A stretch of 63,578 bases of DNA, the filler included, from Guillardia theta CCMP2712 (Eukaryota; Protista; Cryptophyta): the NCBI RefSeq assembly GCF_000315625.1. It is 4 parts of 4 records of this genome, joined end to end, with 100 filler letters (N's around TTAATTAATTAA, not from the genome) between each part and the next. Parts side by side here need not be neighbours in the genome. Positions count along the whole stretch, not along the records: positions 1 to 14,012 come from NW_005434601.1; 3 more parts are not named here. One strand, given 5' to 3'. The notes under the pieces are model-generated. The model was not told the DNA's origin and ran no database searches. It saw only the letters and a program-made list of their open reading frames with translations. The position numbers were made by a program, and so were the translations under genes. This document shows, in pieces, positions 1 through 13,375 of the stretch; position 1 is the first letter of the stretch; each line of letters opens with the position of its first letter.

Positions 1-3000
1 GTTTCACGCGGCAAAATGAGACTACCCCACCCATGCTCATATCACTTTTTGATCAAACCCCACCCTGAATTTTCCCACGAAATTACCCCCATGATTATGT
101 GCAACTATTCGTGAAAGGATGTTATGACCGGTACCTCACTACTCGCAGAGAGGAAAGTTTGTGGAAATTTGAGTAAAACTTTGTACTGGTGATTCAGGAG
201 GGTATGCACCGAGTAGCAATGTTGGGGAGGTATAGTTGCTGGAGATGAGGAGCAAGCAGAGAGTGACACAAGATGAGAGGTACACTATTGTTCTCTACAC
301 GATTGTTCTCTACATGTTTCTAGACGTTCTATCATCGATGTCTCAAAGAGTAGTTGGTTGCACCAAGTGACATCGAAGGCATGATTATAAGTGCAAGAAG
401 CAACGGAGAAGTTTGTGTGCACTTTATTGACCTTCAGCCAGAGGAAGTACCAATGCAGCCAAAGCTTGAAGGAATAAGAGAAGCTGGAATGAATCGAGAA
501 TCTCGTTTGAAATTTTCAGGCGCACAATTCAAGTTTTGGATACAATCCGGTTTCGCCTTTAGCATTGTTTATTGAAAAGACGGCAATGAAGACTGGGGTC
601 AAATTTTTGCCACGCATCAAAGCGTCGCAAAGTACAATCTTATGTCAACATGTAGCGATGGCACGTGCAAAATGCTTTCCCAATTTAAATCCTGCAGCAA
701 ACACGACCGAGGAGATTTGAAATTAGTCACTTCTTGTCGCTCAAGGGTTGTTTCTGTCCTTTCGCATTCTCTATTCTTATTAAGTCTGATGAGCAACTAG
801 ACGTTGGGAGCATTATGCACCTTCCAAAGTAGAACGAAAAAATAGATTACGTTGCCAAACAGAAATTTGTGACACTGAATCTGACCAAGATGGGTAAATT
901 ATCTTGCTGTTCACTGTCAACTTCAAAAAGACATCTTTTTCATAGTCTTTTGCCTCTACGAGTTCAAGTCGACCTTTTTTTTCAAATTTTTTTTTGGTTC
1001 AAGTGGACCATCGACCTCAGATCACAAACATGTACATTTCTATCCTCATGTTGCTCAATGCTTCTGTCGTTTTCTCTTTAAATCTGACTTCTATCAATGA
1101 CCTTTCCATCCACGCTTCCTCCCTCCCTCCCTCCCTCCCTCCCTCCCTTCTCCTTTATCACGAGCTGGGATATATGTGCAAACATACCAGCGTTGTCTTT
1201 TCCTATACAGTACCTCTGTCCCTCCTTTTCCTCCATCCACTCACACCGCATCTCAACAGAAATGCACTTGCGGACCCAACTCATTACATCGTATCACGAG
1301 CCATGATGCCATTTGCTTTTTCGTGTTTGAGCATCAGCTCCTATGTCATACTCGTACATGCGCTCCATCTGCAGAATACCTCAGCCTCAGTACCCATGCC
1401 TTCTGTCACGAACACTACCCATCCCCTTCTCCCCTGCAAATCTTCCCATATTTGCCCCCTTCCCCTTTAAGCAAATATCTTAACGACCTCACATGACACG
1501 TCTCATGCTTCCCTTCTGAGCTCTGACTTCTGCGGACGTGACACCTGTGACCTGGTCATCAACCAGGGGGCGAGACGCCCTATCCTGTGGAAGCAAAGGC
1601 CCAAGGTATGTATCTGAGACGTCAGAACGCTGCATTAAAACAACGTTCCGGATACTTTACAGTATCTGCAAACGATGGATAAACCCTCCGTTGTAATCCG
1701 TGTCAGCGTCACTCAGAATCCTAACCGCATGCTGACTCAGTCACTTTAAAAAACGCTATTCAGTGGAAATGAGACAGCGAACCCGTGACTGCATCCTTAA
1801 CACCCCACGTTTTACCTGAAAACTACCCCACCTTTTGTCCGCCCGTCAATCCACTAACAGGCTAGAGTACTTTTACTCATCAAAGAATACTCTTAATCTT
1901 TACTGCGAAATCACCTGCTCCGGTAGGACCCACCGTCAGATCACTCAACCACCCACCCTTCTTTTCGGTTTCTTTTCTAGGAAAGAGGATGGGTCAGTAT
2001 CGCATTTTCCTCACCACCCCTAGTACAATTTTCGGCAACTTCAACCAATCGTTGCATGTTTACTAGTACATTTACGGGGGAAACTTTACCACCCTCATTG
2101 GCTGACATTTTACCCCACCCATCCCCCTACTGTTTGTCGAGTGTAAAAATGCTCGAAGTGGAGGTACCCCATCAATTTACATACTAACTCTCTCTGTTAA
2201 GTACCGGTTATATAGCCCTCAAATTCATACAGATTCTATACATACCCCTACTCATATGGAAGCAGGCTTTGTACCCTACCTTCCTGCCAGCTCGCTCATC
2301 GCTACCCCTTCCGCTTATAGAAATTCACATGACCATCATGGGGAACCCCGCCCCATGTACTGCAATTTCTACTAAGGGTACCCCCACCCCTGTACGAAAT
2401 TCCAAAAGTCTCAATTGTACACCACCCCTGGTACTACCACCCCACCCCAACTCACAGCAAATTTACAACAGCATCTGACTGAAATGGGTTTCAGCCTTTC
2501 AGCCTTCCGCCCGGATAACCCGATTGACCACCCCCACCATCAATTCCACCAATTTGGGCCTTTAGTACCCACCCCATCCATTTCTGACCCCCTTTGAACT
2601 ACCTCACGGTCTGACTCGTGTCCCCTTTCCGGTCCTCCGATTAAGAACTCTCTTATCAAGATCTGTACCCCCACCCCCAGTTTTAAAAGAAATCTTTTCA
2701 ACTCGAGGTACTCAGAGCAATAACGTAGCCAGAAAAGGGGTACTATCCACCACCGGTATATACCACTACCCTTCCATTCTCCGGGGAACACAATCAGTTC
2801 CTTCCTCAGCTCACGTCCGCCCCCGCCCCCCCCCTCCCCTTCCTCGCCGCTCCCTACCGCTCCTCCTTCCCTCGTCGTTCTACAGTCATAAGCTTAACCT
2901 TCTTGAACCCCCAACCCCGTTACCTTGTTCTCTGCTTGTACTTCATACCCTCTTCCTTGCGCCTCAATTAATTCACTTATTATCATACCACTGCACATAC

Positions 3001-3049
3001 ACAAACTGCAACCCACATAGGGTTATTTCATTTGCGAACATTTTGCAAG

Positions 3050-4385
3050 ATGGGCTGCGGCTGCTCACACGCTAAGAATTTGGTGGATACTCCCGTGGCT
3101 TGCGCGCAGCGATCAAGGCGTGCAAGCATTGAAGTTCCAACCCTGTACGACCTAGGAGCACTTCTTGGGTCAGGCACGTTCGCCAAGACGTACAAGGGCA
3201 AGAGGAGGACCGACGGGTTCGATGTCGCGGTCAAAGTGATCCTGAAGAAACATCCCAACTACAAGGCGACGCTGGTCGAGAGGGAGATCGACATCATGAG
3301 CAGGATCCAATGCCCACGTTGCGTATCGCTCATGGACGTCATCGAGACACCCACAGCCATCTACCTGGTGGAGGAGCTGTGCACAGGTACTCTTGATGGC
3401 TCATGCGCTGTTCAGAGGATGTTCTGACGATTTGTCTGGAAGGTGGAGAGTTGTTTGAGCGCCTGATACAACTTGGCCATATCAGTGAGAAGGACGCCGC
3501 CGTTATTATCAAGCAGGTCATCGAGGGCATCGCGTACCTTCACAGCAAGGAGATCGTTCACAGGTAACGCATGCTGTTTGTGGACGTTGTTGATCCTTAC
3601 CGCTTGCGTCAGGGACATAAAGCCAGAGAACCTCCTGATGATGTCGTCGAACTCCAAGTCGATGCAGTACAACATGGTGAAGATCACGGACTTCGGCCTC
3701 AGCTCTCTCAAGCACCAGGAGGACGACTCGATGACCACAGCCTGCGGGACCCCCGAATACATGGCGCCGGAGATGATTCATTGTGCATTGATCAAGGACA
3801 AGAAGAGAAGAGCCGGGCAAGGATATGGCGAGGCTGTGGACATCTGGGCGATTGGGGTTATCCTTTACATTATGATCTGCGGCTACCCGCCATTCTTTCA
3901 TGAAAACAGAGCTGTCATGCTGTTCAACATCCAGCACGGCTGCTACAACTTCAATTCAGATGAATGGAGAGGCATATCCAAAAGGACTAAGGAGTTCGTG
4001 TCGCTGCTGTTGACCGTGGATCCAAAGTTTAGGCCGACAGCAAGCCAGCTTCTCCGCCATCCATACATCACCAACATCAAGACTCTCGACACAAGGAACC
4101 TCAACAGCACGGCCAAACTTTCCATGTACATGGAGACTCGTAGGAGCCGTAAGGTGAGGAAGATATTTTGCTGTGCTGCAACCGGAGGGTGGTTGACTGG
4201 ATACGCAGGCTTTGAATGCGGTAAGAGCTGTGAAGAGGATGGAGATTCTTGTACAACACCCGAGCCCATCGTTCAAAGAAACGAGGGAGATCACAAGGTT
4301 GCAAATGATCGACCGCCTGAAATTGATTCAGAGCGACATCAACATTGAAAGCGACATCCACATCGGGGAGTTGAACATCATGTAG
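3050..4385 (+). CDS. Ca2+/calmodulin-dependent (CAMK group) Ser/Thr protein kinase, 4 exons
   Basis: Motifs LGSGTFA, VAVK, GGELF, IVHR|DIKPEN, DFG, TACGTPEYMAPE, VDIWAIGVILY. GT-AG introns 3387-3442, 3564-3612 and 4154-4208 restore one frame. C-terminal RK|ALNAVRAVKRM resembles a CaM-binding segment. N-terminus is MGCGCS. Confidence 0.93.
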
Positions 4386-4565
4386 ATCAAAGTGCAGGGT
4401 GTTCTCTTAGATGCGTGTACCATAGAAGCAACATGTCCTAACGTCAGATAGAACTCAGATGTATGTGTACAATAATATAAATGTGTAGATTCATTCTTCT
4501 TTACAATAAAATTACTCTTCTAAGACTCACAGAAACATGCTCTGCATGAATCTCAAGTCCCGATT

Positions 4566-5774
4566 CTACTTCTTCACTCCCCTCGTCAAGCTCAGATACA
4601 GAGCTACAGATGCGCCGATAGCAGCAACGACCACTGCCTGTCATTAGATAGGACTCAATGGAGGGGATCGACGATGTGCACAGGGAGGCGAGACCTGGAC
4701 CCAAGGATTCCTGAGCGATGCTAGCCAATTCCTCCATGTGACGGTCCGCGCAAAGCTCATCACGATCTGCAGGAAGCTGAGAACCGGAGGAAGCAAACGT
4801 AAAGGATGTCACGTTGTTGTTCATGGCAAAAACTTCCACAGACTCCTTGAGGAGTTCTTCCTTTTAAAAGCGCAGTGGTGAACGAAAGGCTGCACTCATG
4901 GATTTGTAGATACCGTCTGGTCTTCGGACAGAACCAGTTCGTCATAGCTGTCTTTGTATTCTGAAGGCTTTGCTCCCCCCATAGCAAACACCGCTAACCC
5001 CTCCTCGCCCTGCTTGAGCGGTAAGGACTTCTCTCATGCTGGCATCCACCCGCCTCGTCCCTCACCCTGAGGCTTAGCATGGTAGAAACAGTTTTCTTGA
5101 TCACTTTCCCTCCGAACTGCAGCAAAGAAAAGTCACAACGCCGCGTCCTCGTCTCTCATTCTTTGATTGTTTGCGCTGATTACCAGAAATGCCATGTAAA
5201 GGTGATACGAATATGCCAGCAGCAAGGCTGGGTCCTTCTTCTCGAGCTCAGCGATCCTGGCTAGGTACTTCTCTACCGCTGTTGTAGTTCGAACCAACAG
5301 GTGGTAAGAGTTCTAACTTAAGGGAATGTTAAACACCTTCATTCACAATTAGAGTCTTTGCCCAGTCCTTTCCCAAGAAGAAAAGAAGATCGGCCTGTAG
5401 TCACGTAGTTCACTAAGTCAACGAACTCGATCAGGGAAGATACCTCAAACGCTTTGGTCCGTCTCATCTTGTCCAACAGAGGGAAAACATGACCGACGTG
5501 TTCATTATCTCTGCATCGATCCATGGCAGCCTCCAGCTCCCTGTACACCATGTAGAAGCTGCCCAGCAACTTCGCGTAGAGGGCTCTGCGGAGCGACCAA
5601 GATGCAACAAACGGTGAGCCGACGAGCGAATGGTGGGATGGAGGAGAGAACAGACCTGTCTGTAAGGACGAGAGCAAAGTTCATGCTGGCCAGGCGGTCG
5701 GTCTTTCCGTGTATGCGCCGTGTGCTCTTCCTCATCCGCTCCGTGAGCCGCCCCGACGCCGTGTCGCTGCCCAT
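4566..5774 (-). CDS. Heme oxygenase with C-terminal membrane anchor (multi-exon)
   Basis: Spliced translation: LTERMRKSTRRIHGKTD (proximal His helix), YAKLLGSFYMVYRELE, MRRTKAFE|ADLLFFLG, LLLAYSYHLYMAFL..GGKVIKK, ESVEVFAMNN, ending AVVVAAIGASVALYLSLTRGVKK*. Confidence 0.85.
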
Positions 5775-6161
5775 ATTGCTCCGTCGCCCTTAGGTGCAAG
5801 GTGGGTGGGGGTGGTTGACTATGAAAATGGGGGTAATCAAGGGGAAAAGTGGGGGTGGGGGTTAATGAAAGGGCTCGAGCTAATTGAATTATGTTACCCC
5901 GGGTCAGCCGGGCCGGGACTCCGGGTGAACAGGAGCCAAAGGGAATGAGGGCTCATAACCTTCCAATGATAAGTCTCATGGACCCCTACTTTGAAGAGAG
6001 ATTGTAGGGTCATGGATAGGGGTGGTCTGTGAAGGGTGTCTCTTGAGGAAGGACATTGCGAGCAAGGGAGCGGGAGCAGGAAGAGGAGCAGGAGGGAATC
6101 GCTGATATCAGTGAGACAGAGGACAGAGGATGCTCGATTGCTGAGGAGAGAGGGAAAGGAG

Positions 6162-7522
6162 ATGAGGTCGAGATCATGGTACTCCCGCCTCGCGCTCCTT
6201 GCTGTGACGCCCCTGCTGGTTGTGCTGGCCCTGGCGCTCAGCAGCCCACAGCGGGAGGAACCGTCTGAGCTCACAACGTATGTCCTGCCAAACAAGTACG
6301 ACCAATCGGTGGAGAAGATGCAGGAGGAGCTGCAACGGGACTCCCTGCTGCCTGCCGGCGTGATAGGAGCTGCGCATCATGTGCTCAGCTCCATAGGAGG
6401 AAGGCTAGCGACGCTGCTGACGGGGTTGGGATCGACGGAGGAGCAGCGGGAGGTCAAGAAGATCTCAGTGGGGAAGCTCGACCATCTCCTTGACGAGGTG
6501 GGACATGGAGGATCGTCCTCGGCGGGAGGCTGAAGCTTGCAGTGCAGGTGGAGGACGGCACGATTAGTGTTCAAGAGGTGAAGGCTCGACTGGACTACCT
6601 GAAGGAGTCGGAGAAGTCGATCAGGGCACAGACAACCGAGCTCATGGCGAAGCTGCACCAGAGACTTGTAGAGCTCGCGCAGCAGAACGATGAGGTAAGG
6701 GCCTACCCCCCTCAGACTCCCGCTCCTTCTTAGGCCCCCCGTGCACCCGAACCTGCCTCGCTGCTCCACGCGTCGGTGACCTGCTGCTGTTCAGTTGGAA
6801 CAGAGGATAGACAAGATCGCTCACTTGAGGGGCCCGCAGGGTCCTCCAGGGGTTCCAGGTTGCTTTGCCTCCCTTCAACTCACTCTCCATGCTTCGCCTC
6901 TTTGCCACCAACGTGTCTGTCTTTCTCTTTTCTTTCCCCCCTCCCTCTTCCCCTCCTCCTTCTTCTCCTTCCCTCTCCCCTCTCTCCTGACCAAAGAGTT
7001 GTAATTCGCAGGGCTTCCTGGACCTGACGGCATCTCCTACATGCCTGGACCGCGCGGAGAAAGTGGTCCTGAAGGGCCTCAGGGGGTGAGCTGCCTCCGC
7101 CTCCGCCTCCGCCTCCGCCTCCTTCTCTCCTGTTGACGCCCCGCAGATGCCTGGAAGGAATGGGGAGCCGGGTCCGCGGGGCCCGCGAGGTGACATGGGG
7201 GAACTGGGACCTCCTGGACCTCCTGGACCGCAGGGGATCAGGTGAGCGCTTGCGGAGGAGATTCAAGGGGGGGGTGGGGGCGGGGGGCGGGGGAGGGGAA
7301 AGGAGGAAGCGAGTGAGGCTGCTGGCAGGGGCCCGCAAGGGGCAATTGGAATCCCAGGAGCAGGAGGACACGAAGGGCCCCCTGGTCCTCCTGGAGCTGA
7401 AGGTGCGAAGCTCGATGCCTGTGAACGAGTAGGTGATGTTGAGTGCAGGTGTTATCGGACTCCCTGGGCCGCCGGGCCCGCCGGGTGGTCCTGGTGCGCG
7501 AGGAGTTGATGGAGTGAGCTAA
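6162..7522 (+). CDS. Signal-anchor protein with coiled coil and C-terminal collagen (Gly-X-Y) triple-helix region
   Basis: N-terminal hydrophobic LALLAVTPLLVVLALAL. Heptad region EVKARLDYLKESEKSIRAQTTELMAKLHQRL. Successive exons encode GPQGPPGVP, GLPGPDG..GPRGESGPEGPQG, GRNGEPGPRGPRGDMGELGPPGPPGPQG, GPQGAIGIPGAGGHEGPPGPPGAEG, GLPGPPGPPGGPGARGVDGVS*. Confidence 0.85.
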
Positions 7523-7753
7523 GAAGCGTTGGAAGTCTCTGCCGGGGGATGGAGGATGGTGGGCAGGAGGGGGGGAGGGAGGGTGATAGAGTAGAGGAGG
7601 AGTGGAGGTGTGAATGAATGATACGATTTGAGGTTAGAAGGAAGAGGAAGTCGTGAACAGAGAGTTGTATCGTGACTGAGGTCGCATTTGAGAATTGGCT
7701 GCTTTGTTACAACACCTCGTCGTTAAATTTTCACGGACGGGTTGGAGGTAGCT

Positions 7754-9213
7754 CTAGATACCTCCTGCGATGGTCGGCCTCTCGTGGAACACCCAGAACT
7801 GTACAGCTCCGTCAGGTTCGAACCCCTTACATGGCAGGGAGAGGGAGGGCACGGAGGAAGCAAAGAGAGAGAACGGAGGAGGGCAAGTAGAGCAGAAGCT
7901 GATCCATCACCTTGGAGTTCACTTCGGTGTAGTGTCGCCATATGCGATTCTCGTCGAACTGCACAAAGAGTCACCTCAGCTCGCACGATGAGAGCTCAAC
8001 CACCTTGGCAGTGACATGCCTCGAACTTCCCTCATACTCGTCCGCTGACTCCTGCAGAGAAGTTCAGCCATTCCCCTGCAGTTTGTTCCAGCCCGCCTCA
8101 CCTTATTCATAGCTTCCAACGATGCATTACCATCCGCCCGCTCCACATAGACGCTCAGCTGCACGGGCAGGTCAAAGCGATCCCACTCCTCTTCGTCCCT
8201 TCGTCCCTTCCTCCCGCCTCCACTCCTGCCTCTCTGACTAACCCCCATTCCCTTTCCACCTTCTCCCCCTCCCCCCCCGTCTCGCACGCTCCTCCATCCC
8301 TCCCCTTACCTCGTCACAAAGTTCCAGCGCGTCGGGCTCGAACATCGCCTCGCATGGCATGTGGAAGTAACAAGTTCCGATCACCGCAAAGTCCCACTGT
8401 CCCAGCACAACCTCCTTGCAGCCTTCCAGCTGCTCCTGGTCCTCAACCACCCCCTCCCCCTGCCCGACAGCAAGGTACACCCCCCGCTGCCCCCCTTCAC
8501 ACCTCACCCAGGATGCATACTGCTTCTCCCCCGTCTTCAGCTGGAGGCAGACTTGGTCTGGGAACAGGCGCAGGGGGACTTTGCCGAAGTTCTGCACGAC
8601 GACATGGAGCCCCAGCATGCTCGAGCTCAACGTGCAGTCGCTGGAGTGGACGCAGTTGACCCACATGTACAGGTTGTAGACCGAAGGCCCCGAGGCAGGA
8701 GCAGCGCGCTTCGAAGAACGGGAGAACCGGACGCCATGGAAGCGCTCGAACCTCTGGCTAGTCTTCGATCTGCTCATGGAGGATGCGAAGGGTGGGTACC
8801 TGTCCCCTGAGAAGCTGCTCGACGGCTGCCTGCAGCTCCTGTGCCACTGCGAGTAGATCTTCTTCAAGAAGCTGTTGCGCTCCGAGGCCAGGGGACCGCT
8901 GGAGTAGCGCACCAGCTCCTTGATCTGCCACCTCCTCTTGACGAGAGCTTGCCAGAACTTGTCGGAGTTTGTGATCTCACTCCACAGCCTGTTCACCCTG
9001 CAGCACTTCCCCAGCTCGAGTCCATCGTTGAGCCTGCCAAGGGATCAGAACGAGGGGCGCGCGGGAGGGGAGGGGAGGGAGGAAGCACCGGGAGAAGATC
9101 AAGTCGAGGATGTCTGCAGCAAGGAACCAGTGGTTCTCTCCTGCAGGGCGTGAACTTTCGAGGGATCGCTCGTGCACGCAGTGCTGGGAGAATTCTCCGA
9201 GGTCTTGAACCAT
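7754..9213 (-). CDS. F-box-like domain protein (multi-exon)
   Basis: FLAADILDLIFS...LELGKCCRVNRLWSEITNSDKFWQALVKRRW matches the F-box pattern. Downstream short GT-AG exons end FWVFHERPTIAGGI*. Confidence 0.65.
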
Positions 9214-9401
9214 GCCTGCAACAATGGCAGTCACTCCAACCAGCCGCCCATGGCATGTCAAGCAGATGAGCGAGAAGTACAATGAGCGGATTGAGACAGA
9301 GTTCGAAGAGGAGTGTGATTTAGAGGCAAAAAGTCCTTTGTCGTCAACTAGTAGATGCTCACTGATACAGAGAGGATCATGTAAGATGAATCTTCGCATC
9401 A

Positions 9402-9661
9402 TTACAAATCAATCAACACGATAAGCAATTTCATCAAACTTCTTGAGAAATCTGCATACACAACAGCAAATGCGCCTATGTTGCAAGACTTGCAACTCAG
9501 TCCAGGGAGGAAACAAGACTTTGACGAGGACACATTAAACAACACCAGCATCGGGTTAGGATCGCAGGCTGTCGAGGATGACGAGGAGAAGGAGAGCAGG
9601 AGCAGGAGAAGCAGCATGGTGCGAGTGAGCGCTTGAAGCGTCTCAGAACCGCGAGCATGGA
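9402..9661 (-). CDS. Possible small secreted Cys-containing protein (first exon)
   Basis: ORF with signal-peptide-like MLLLLLLLSFSSSSSTA followed by several Cys; no family recognised. Confidence 0.25.
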
Positions 9662-10970
9662 GCATATTTACAAGGGGACCCACAACCCCCACCCACTTTC
9701 ATGATCACCCCCACTGACATGTACCCTTGAGAAATAACCCCTACCTACTACAACATTCCTGTACCCCTCATATTTCTCACAGTACCCATTCTGTAATAGA
9801 TTCTTTTCATAGATATGTAGGGGTAATCATTTTCCATAACCCCCTACTTTTCATACCCCCCTACCCAAAGAAACACAAATCCTTAGGTCTACCCATACAT
9901 ACACCTGTATTCTGATTACTACCCCTCAGGATCCTCACAATGACCCCCACTCCAATTTGTTTTATCCACCTACCCAACTACCTACCTCCTACCCACCCTT
10001 CTGCCTATCACCCGAGCTTGACAAGAACCCCTCACCCCGATTTTAACACCACCCCCACCCTGTGTAGAAGTTAAGTGAAAAGGTGGAATAACCTCCTCCA
10101 CCCACCCCCTCCACCCACCCCCCTAAATGAAAAACACCTCTGATTTTTCATGAAAAAGGACCGGTGATGTCGGTGTAACTGGAACCCCCCACCCCAATTA
10201 TTCATGAGGTGTATCCCCTACACATGTTGAACCCCACAAAAATCAAGGGACTATGTGGGTAGGGGTGATCACCCCTACCCACATAGTCCAGGTCAGCGTC
10301 TTAAGGGCCAGGTCTTTACTAGCAGCCGTCCAGTAACTAGCTAGTAGTCTCGGAGTCTTGTGGCCCCTGGCCGGGCCCCGGGCCCCGGATGCTCAACGGC
10401 TGTTTGACCGTTACAGAATTCAACGGTAACAGTCGTTGAGATGGCGAGCAGGACGGGGCGCGTGAGGGAGGCAGGGGAGGAGAGGAACGAGTAGGAGGAG
10501 CAGGAGGAGGAGAGGATGTAGGGAGAGAGACTGTGCAGGAGAAGAAGAGCAGGAGAAGAAAGAGTATGATGACAGGGGATGGAATATACAGAGATATCAG
10601 AATGTGGTGGACTTGTCCGAATGGGAATATGGAGGAGCGTTCAGATGAGTATGACCGAAGACGCAGAGGAACGATGATGTTCGTTGATTGGAGATTGTAA
10701 CGATGTCTGCAGAAACTAGAGGAGAGTGCCTCTAGAGTGCCTCTGGCCCTCAGTTTCTCTGCTCAACCTTCACGTATAAAATCCAGGACCCTTGTACATA
10801 ACAGCAAACCACTGAATGACTTCAAAAGAATCGAAGAGGCCAGAGAGGAAGAGGAGAGCCAGAGAGAAAGATGATGTGAGACAGAAGTCGTGATACTTGG
10901 GAAATCTATAGGAGAGAAGTATTCCGGGTCCATGACCAAAACTGATCTTTTGTTCGCACAGCTTTAAAGG

Positions 10971-11346
10971 ATGGCCGAAGAAGGGGAGCCGAGCGCTGTT
11001 GTACAGGGAGAGAACAACGAGGAGGAGGAGCGAGTCAACGGAGAAGCTGCCGCAGAAGCAACGAGTGAAGGTCAGGAAGCCGCTGCAGACACTGCCGAAG
11101 CATCGGCTGGTGCCGAGGGGGAACCCGCCGAGGCAGAGCCTGCCCCTTCTGCCGATCAGGACCCAGAAGGCTCAGGAGCTGATGCTGCCAAGGATGCCCC
11201 TGCTACGAGCGACTCCGATGCTCAGGGAGGAACAGAGGGAGGAGGAGGAGCAGAGGGAGGAGGAGGAGCAGAGGGAGGAGGAGCAGAGGAGGAGGAGCAG
11301 AGGGAGAAGGAGCAGAAGGAGGAGGAGAAGAAGGAGGAGGAAGGGA

Positions 11347-11381
<35 letters not shown>

Positions 11382-13334
11382 GAGTGGGAGAAGGAGAGGA
11401 AGAAGCAGGAGCAAGAGACGAAAACAGGGCTGCAGAAGGTGAGGAACACGACGATGTGACTGGGGGTGGGGATGTTGATCGCAACGTACAGATCAAAGTG
11501 CGGTTGAGGAGAATGAAACCAAGACAACTGAACAAGTGGAAGATCAGGCAAAGGAGGGTGATGATCAGAATATCGGAAAGGCAGAGGATGATGCAGCCGA
11601 AGCTACAGATGGAGTAGCTGGAGCTGCTGAGGGAAGGGCGCACGAGGAGCAGCAGGAGCCGTCTGCTTCAGAGGAGGTGGGTGGAGAGCAGGAGGCTGAA
11701 GCCGAAGGGGAGGAAAGACAAGACCAGGGGGCCGACATGGGCTCGTTGGAGCTCCACGCTGCCTTCAGAGGGTCCATGGGGCTGCCGCACTCCCGCGACA
11801 TCGAGGTCGACCTGGGGGACGGGACCCCCCCGGTGATCATCAGCCTCATCATAACGCGCGAAGACTACAAGAAGCCCTATTACGGGGGCTACAGGCACAA
11901 GGTCACCGGGCTCGAGTACCACCACGCTGCCAGCCAGACTGAGGCCCCGGCGAAGGCGCAGGGTAGCGACCAGAACGCTCCCAACAAGTTTCACCGGGAG
12001 ACCCAGACGAAGGTGGCGAGCGAGAAGGCAATGCAGGCGGTGCGGGAGTGCGGGACGCAGATGGCAAGGGACGACCTGCACTTGGAGGACGGGGGCGACT
12101 ATGTGATCGGTGAGGAGGGGAGAGGGGGGCAGGAGGAGGAAGAAGAGGAGAGAGAGAGAGGGGGAGGGGGGGGGCCAGGGGGGTGATTGAAGAGCTGACT
12201 TTGTGCGCATGAAGAACCGAGGGAATATCTTGACAGCGAGGAGTGGGAAAGAAGGAGGCTGGAGGCGACAGTTGTCATCCAGTGCTACACGCGCGGCATG
12301 TTTGCTCGCACGTTGGCTCGCAAGTATCGCTACGAGTTGGCGTACAACAAGCAGTACATGCTGGAGCAGCAGGTGTGCCTAGCTCCCCTCTGCCATGGGA
12401 TCTCGGATTTGCTTCCCCTCCCTCTGTCCCCCTCTCCCTTTACCTCGTCCCTTGCTCATCGGATCGCAGGAGAAAGAAATGAGGGAGAGAGAGGCTAGGA
12501 GAGCGCGGGAGGTGGAGAGGAGGAAAAACCCTAAGACAGCCGCGGACTTTGAGATCTTGTACAATGAGCTCGAGCAGTGGAGGATACAGGAGACGCAGAG
12601 GATCGAGGTAAGCGCGGACAAGCTGTGGAGGAGGAGGAGGAGGAGGAGGAGGAGGAGCTCAATCGAATTTGCAGGTCAGTGAGATGAGCATGGAGGAGAA
12701 GCAAAACGCTCGCTACCAGCTGCTCCTCAAGGAAGTGAAACTCGTCCAGACAATCGACAAGGTCGTGCTTGTTGCACGCTTTACCTGAATACTCCCTCCT
12801 CCCTCCTTATTCCTCGTTCTCGTTCCTCCCTCCCCCTTTCTCCTTTCTCCTTTCTCCCTTATCCTCCTACTCGTTCTCATCCTACTGGTCGTCGTCACCG
12901 TCGCTTCATCCCTCCTCTCTCCTCTCTCCTCTCTCACAGCGAATGCAGTTGAAAGCGTCGGCTCAGAAGAACCTCAAGTCGGAGGCGATTATCAAGGAGC
13001 TCGAGTTCATGAGCAAACCAAAGCTATGGGAGCTCAGCGATGGTCTGTAACCTACTCCTCCTCCTCCTCCTCGTCTCGATTCTCTCCGTCCTCCCTCCTC
13101 CTTTTTGTCCGCCTTTTACATTCTTCTTTCCCTTCCGATCTTGGCAATGTTTTGCTCATTCATGTCTTCTCTCACGATCCGGTCAGGCACAGTGAAGGAA
13201 GTCATTACACCAGAAAACTCAAGGGCCAAAGAGCTAAGGTGAGGAGGAGGAGGAGAGAGGAGGAGGAGAAAGAGGGAGGATGGGGGAGAGAGAGGAGGAG
13301 AGGAAGGAGAGAGAGGAGGAGAGGAAGGAGAGAG

Positions 13335-13375
<41 letters not shown>

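Noticed and set aside
245-1790. Possible fragmented gene at the window start
   Set aside because: A few exon-like pieces, but no consistent spliced frame or recognisable domain could be built
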